10,772 bases of DNA from assembly GCA_003133025.1 (NCBI GenBank), contig PKZK01000255.1:1-10772 (forward strand), in the 5' to 3' direction. The notes under the pieces were generated by a model. It was given only the letters and a program-made list of their open reading frames with translations. It had not been told where the DNA came from and ran no database searches. Both the position numbers and the translations under genes were made by a program. Source of the stretch: Vulcanimicrobiota bacterium (GTDB lineage Bacteria > Vulcanimicrobiota > Vulcanimicrobiia > Vulcanimicrobiales > Vulcanimicrobiaceae). The number at the start of each line of letters is the position of its first letter. Position 1 is the first letter of the stretch. Positions 7,231-10,772 of the stretch are shown here, one piece after another.

Positions 7231-8988
7231 ACTGAAGAGGCCGCGCGCGTCGAGCGCGCCGCGCAGCATCGTGACTTCGCGGCGCAGGCTCTCGGCGGTG
7301 AGGTGCACGTACGCGGCGGCGGCGGCGCTCGCGAGTTCCGCGAGGAGCCGCCGCTCCTCGGGATCGAACGCTTCGCCGCTCTTCTGCGAGCCATAGCAGG
7401 CGAAACCCATCACCACGTTGCGCAGCGCGATCGGCACGGCGACGAGCGGCCGATCGGCGTCGGGCACGTTCGCGAGCGCGGGCCAGTTGCGCGGATCGAG
7501 ATCGAGCGGGCCCGACTCCGAGGCGAGAAACGCGATCAACGGATCGGCGAACGAGACCGTTTCCGGCGCGCCTTCCCAGCCGATTCCGGCGACGCGTAAA
7601 AAGTCGCCGTCGGCGTCGCGTCGATACACCGTTGCCGAGGCCAGGTCGAAGGCTTCGAGCGGTTCGCGGGTCAGCAGCGCATCGACGGTCGTCGCGTCCT
7701 CCGCATGTGGAATCGCTGAAGCGACGCGGCGCAAGCGCGCCGCCGCCTCGTGCTGCGCGCGAAAGAAGATCCGCTCGAAATAGCCTTCGATGCGATGGTG
7801 TGCCAAGTTGAACGTGAACCCGACCACGATCGCCGCGATCAGTTCGAGGTGTTCTGCCAGACGCCCGGCTTCGAGTTTGGTGATCAAGAATTCGGCGAAC
7901 GAGAAGACGATGACCAGAATCGAGGTGAACGCCCCGAAGACGAGCGCGCGGTTGATGGCAAAGCGAACGTCGATGACCCGTTGCTTCAGGACGGCGTAGG
8001 CGACGCTGACCGGTAGCGTAACGGGCGAGAGGGCCAACAGGACGTCGAACAGCGATCCACGGAAACCGGGCACGTGCAGCAGGCGCAGTCCCACGTCGAG
8101 CACGATGCCGCCGATGCCCGCGAGCGACCCGGCGAGTAGCCAGCGGCGCCGCGCGCGCTGCGTCGAGTCCCGCGTGTTCTGAAATAAGATCAGCGCGATC
8201 AGGCCGAGCAGGGTCGCGATCAGCACCGCTTCGTAAATCTGAAAGACCGTGTAGCGGCTGGGTCCGGTGAAGCCCGCGTAGGTCACAAAGAAGAGCACGC
8301 CCAGCACGGACGCGGCCGCATACAAGATGCGCGCGTACCGTCGCGTCAGCGCGTCGGGAAGCAAATCGGGAAAGCTGGTCGTGAACGACACCGCGCCCCA
8401 CACGGTCATCGCCAACGCCACGCCCAGTGCGGCCGCGTCGAAGTCGAGCAGGTCGACCGGTACGATGGTGCGCAGCGCGCCCAGTTGCACGATCGGGTAG
8501 CCCGTCGCGAGGAGCAAGAAGCTCCACGTCGCGCGCGTTGGGCGCAGCGCCACGAGCGCGACTCCGGTGGCGATGAAGGTCAAGGCCACGAGCGCGGCAG
8601 CGCCGACCTCGATCCACTCCTGCGTCGAGACCGGCACCGGCGCCGAGGTCATGCGCACGAAACGGACGCGACCATCCTGCTCGACCGGCACGGTGACCGT
8701 CGCCGGCGTCCGCTCCGCGCCGTGTACGATCCGGCTGCGCGTCTCGCTGTCCATCCGGTCGAGCAAGAGACGCTGGCCGGGCCGGACCCCGGCGAGGTCC
8801 GCCGGTGATCCCGGCTCGACCGACAGCACGAGCGATCCCTCGCGCAGCGAGAAGCCGAAGCGGCTGAGCGGATCGGCGAGCTGCACGAAGCTCGCTCCGA
8901 CCTCGGCGAGCGCCCACACGGCCAAGAGCACCACCAGCAGATACTGCGGCGCGCTGAGGGTCCGTCGGACGGCGGGCGATGCGGTCAC
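7222..8988 (-). CDS. Membrane sensor-like protein: TM + PDZ-like domain + ~9 further TM helices + GAF-like domain + short helical tail
   Basis: PDZ-like FGFSL...VLSVEPGSPADLAGVRPGQRL, about 10 hydrophobic segments, YAVLKQRVIDVRFAINRALVFG, and GAF-like LVAVPIALRNVVMGFACYG...FDPEERRLLAELASAAAAAY. GTG 8988 (GAGAAGG upstream) is preferred over the track start at 9069; the start is uncertain. Confidence 0.8.
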   Translation of the reverse strand: MTASPAVRRTLSAPQYLLVVLLAVWALAEVGASFVQLADPLSRFGFSLREGSLVLSVEPGSPADLAGVRPGQRLLLDRMDSETRSRIVHGAERTPATVTVPVEQDGRVRFVRMTSAPVPVSTQEWIEVGAAALVALTFIATGVALVALRPTRATWSFLLLATGYPIVQLGALRTIVPVDLLDFDAAALGVALAMTVWGAVSFTTSFPDLLPDALTRRYARILYAAASVLGVLFFVTYAGFTGPSRYTVFQIYEAVLIATLLGLIALILFQNTRDSTQRARRRWLLAGSLAGIGGIVLDVGLRLLHVPGFRGSLFDVLLALSPVTLPVSVAYAVLKQRVIDVRFAINRALVFGAFTSILVIVFSFAEFLITKLEAGRLAEHLELIAAIVVGFTFNLAHHRIEGYFERIFFRAQHEAAARLRRVASAIPHAEDATTVDALLTREPLEAFDLASATVYRRDADGDFLRVAGIGWEGAPETVSFADPLIAFLASESGPLDLDPRNWPALANVPDADRPLVAVPIALRNVVMGFACYGSQKSGEAFDPEERRLLAELASAAAAAYVHLTAESLRREVTMLRGALDARGLFSSP

Positions 8989-9076
8989 GCTGCAGCGGGC
9001 CCTTCTCGGCTTCTTCGGGGCTCCCCGCTGCCGGCGGGCTTGGTGCGATTCGGTCGCGCGGTTCGACAAATGGCGA

Positions 9077-9105
9077 ATGACCCGGCCCCCGGATACGTCT
9101 ACACT
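9077..9105 (+). promoter_or_regulatory. Putative sigma70-type promoter for gltB
   Basis: ATGACC (9077-9082), 17-nt spacer, TACACT (9100-9105). Confidence 0.5.
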
Positions 9106-9113
9106 ACAGGTTC

Positions 9114-10772
9114 ATGGTTTTGGATCCGGCGATGGAAGAGCACGACGCCTGCGGCGTGGGCTTCGTTGCGGACCTGGGCGGCCCGGCCGGACGGCGCACG
9201 ATCGACTTCGCGCTGCAGGCGGCAGCCGCGATGATGCACCGCGGCGCGCGCTCGGCCGACGGCCGCACGGGCGACGGCGCCGGGATTCTGTGCGAGACGC
9301 CGCGCAAGCTGCTCGCGCGCGAACTCGCCGCCGCCGACCTTCACGCATCGTCGAACCACCTGGCCGCCATCTGTCTCTTCTTGCCGCGCGAACCCGACTC
9401 GGCGGCGGCGGCGCGCGCCGCGGTTGAGGCGGCCATCCGCGCTGCGGAGATCACGCCGCTGCGCTGGCGCACGCCGGCCACCCACGAGGAACTGCTCGGC
9501 GCGCAAGCGCGCGCCACCCGGCCGCTCTTCGAACAGCTGCTGGTCGACATGGGTCCGGGCAACGTGCGCGAGCGCATGCGCGCGGCGGCGCGCTCGCTCG
9601 AGCGTGCCTTGCGCGAGTTCGGCCGCTCCGCGGCGTTGCTCTCGTGTTCGGCGACGTCGGTGGTTTACAAGGCGCTGCTCTCGTCCGACGAACTCGGATC
9701 GTATTTCGACGATCTGCGCGATCCTGCGTTCACCTCGCGCTTCGCGCTCTTCCACCAACGCTTCTCGACCAACAGTTCGCCGTCGTGGCGCTTGGTGCAG
9801 CCCTTCCGGCACGTCGCGCACAACGGCGAGATCAACACGATCACCGGCAACCGGGCCTGGCTCGAGGCGCGCGGCATCCACCCCGCGCCCAATGCTTCGG
9901 ACTCGTACGATCTCAACGCCGCCGTCGATGCGATGGTCGGGGCCGGATATCGCGTCGACGACGCCGTCGATCTCTTGCTGGCTCCGGCGATCGAACGCAG
10001 CGATACGCGGCTGCGCGCGTATTACGACGCGCACGTGCCCACCGTCGAACCCTGGGACGGTCCCGCCGCGCTCGTCTTTGCCGACGGCGACACGATCGGC
10101 GCGGCGCTCGATCGCGCGGGCTTGCGTCCGCTGCGTTGGTGCCGCACCGCGGGCAACGTGATCCTGGCGGCTTCCGAGACGGGCGTGGTCGATTTCGGCA
10201 ACGATCCGGTCGTGCGCCGCGGCCGCCTCGGGCCCGGCGGCCGGCTCATCGTGCGCTTCGCGTCGGGCGAAGTGGTCGAGACCGAACACTTTCGCGCAGA
10301 GCGTCGCGAGCGTGCCGACTTCCGCGACGTCGTGCGCTCGTGGGCGCTCCCGCTCGACGACGCGCGCGGCGCCGTCGATTCCGAAGCCAACGCGCGCGAG
10401 GCCCGCCGCTTCGGCTGCACGCGCGAGGAATTGAAGGACGTCGTCACCGTGCTCGCGGCGGGCAACGAGCCGACGCTCTCGATGGGCGACGATGCGGCTC
10501 CGGCCTTCTTCGAGCGAGGCGTTCCGGTGGCCGCGTACTTGCGCGAGCGCTTTGCGCAAGTGACCAATCCGCCGATCGACCCGCTGCGCGAAGCCTTGGT
10601 CTTCGATCTGCGCGCGTGGGTCGGATCGGGCGACGTCAACGGCGACGTTCCCGCGCCCGGGGCGATCGTGGCGCTCGAAAGCGCTATCCTTTCCGAACCG
10701 GATTTCGACGAACTGCGCGCCGACCGGCGCTTGGTGCAGCACGTCATGCCGCTCGGCCTCGGCGCGAATTCT
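9114..10772 (+). CDS. gltB: Glutamate synthase large subunit (GltB/Fd-GOGAT type): glutamine amidotransferase domain and start of central domain; 3' end runs off the window
   Basis: Manual translation: MVLDPAMEEHDACGVGFVADL...MMHRGARSADGRTGDGAGIL...VVYKALL...FHQRFSTNSSPSWRLVQPFRHVAHNGEINTITGN...EPWDGPA...LDRAGLRP...ASETGV...SMGDD...FAQVTNPPIDPLRE. No stop before the window end. Alternative start ATG 9132; the Ntn nucleophile Cys is at 9150-9152. Confidence 0.93.
   Translation, partial: MVLDPAMEEHDACGVGFVADLGGPAGRRTIDFALQAAAAMMHRGARSADGRTGDGAGILCETPRKLLARELAAADLHASSNHLAAICLFLPREPDSAAAARAAVEAAIRAAEITPLRWRTPATHEELLGAQARATRPLFEQLLVDMGPGNVRERMRAAARSLERALREFGRSAALLSCSATSVVYKALLSSDELGSYFDDLRDPAFTSRFALFHQRFSTNSSPSWRLVQPFRHVAHNGEINTITGNRAWLEARGIHPAPNASDSYDLNAAVDAMVGAGYRVDDAVDLLLAPAIERSDTRLRAYYDAHVPTVEPWDGPAALVFADGDTIGAALDRAGLRPLRWCRTAGNVILAASETGVVDFGNDPVVRRGRLGPGGRLIVRFASGEVVETEHFRAERRERADFRDVVRSWALPLDDARGAVDSEANAREARRFGCTREELKDVVTVLAAGNEPTLSMGDDAAPAFFERGVPVAAYLRERFAQVTNPPIDPLREALVFDLRAWVGSGDVNGDVPAPGAIVALESAILSEPDFDELRADRRLVQHVMPLGLGANS

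Noticed and set aside
7195..7235. CRISPR remnant, or small peptide MERLTPMEN / MEN after GGAGAGG
   Set aside because: Only two adjacent 18-bp copies with no spacer and no cas genes. The mini-ORF is a by-product of the duplication with no independent support.
4810..8917. Other long alternative-frame ORFs (4810-6102, 4874-6139, 6989-8917)
   Set aside because: They overlap better-supported genes, are low-complexity, and show no motifs or ribosome-binding sites.
9099..10747. 547-aa and 241-aa minus-strand ORFs and the 245-aa plus-strand ORF (9424-10161)
   Set aside because: Shadow frames of gltB, whose true frame is missing from the track because it has no stop codon in the window.

Overview
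High-GC bacterial chromosomal window with ten protein-coding genes and no RNA genes, mobile elements or CRISPR arrays that I can support. From left to right: (1) a minus-strand 2-oxoacid dehydrogenase E1-alpha of the branched-chain type, cut by the window start and missing from the ORF track; (2) a divergent plus-strand run of an M20D amidohydrolase, a secreted S53 sedolisin-type protease, a cytoplasmic Asp-box/BNR beta-propeller and a MoaD/ThiS-like ubiquitin-fold protein ending in GG; (3) a structured 114-bp spacer; (4) a split transketolase pair with a non-canonical ThDP motif; (5) a perfect 18-bp tandem duplication at a convergent gene junction; (6) a minus-strand PDZ + ~10 TM + GAF membrane protein with no output domain; (7) a compact, divergent glutamate synthase large subunit cut by the window end and also missing from the ORF track. 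The best candidate for an uncharacterised system is the coupled beta-propeller + ubiquitin-like pair. All family assignments come from motif recognition by eye; no database searches were run.
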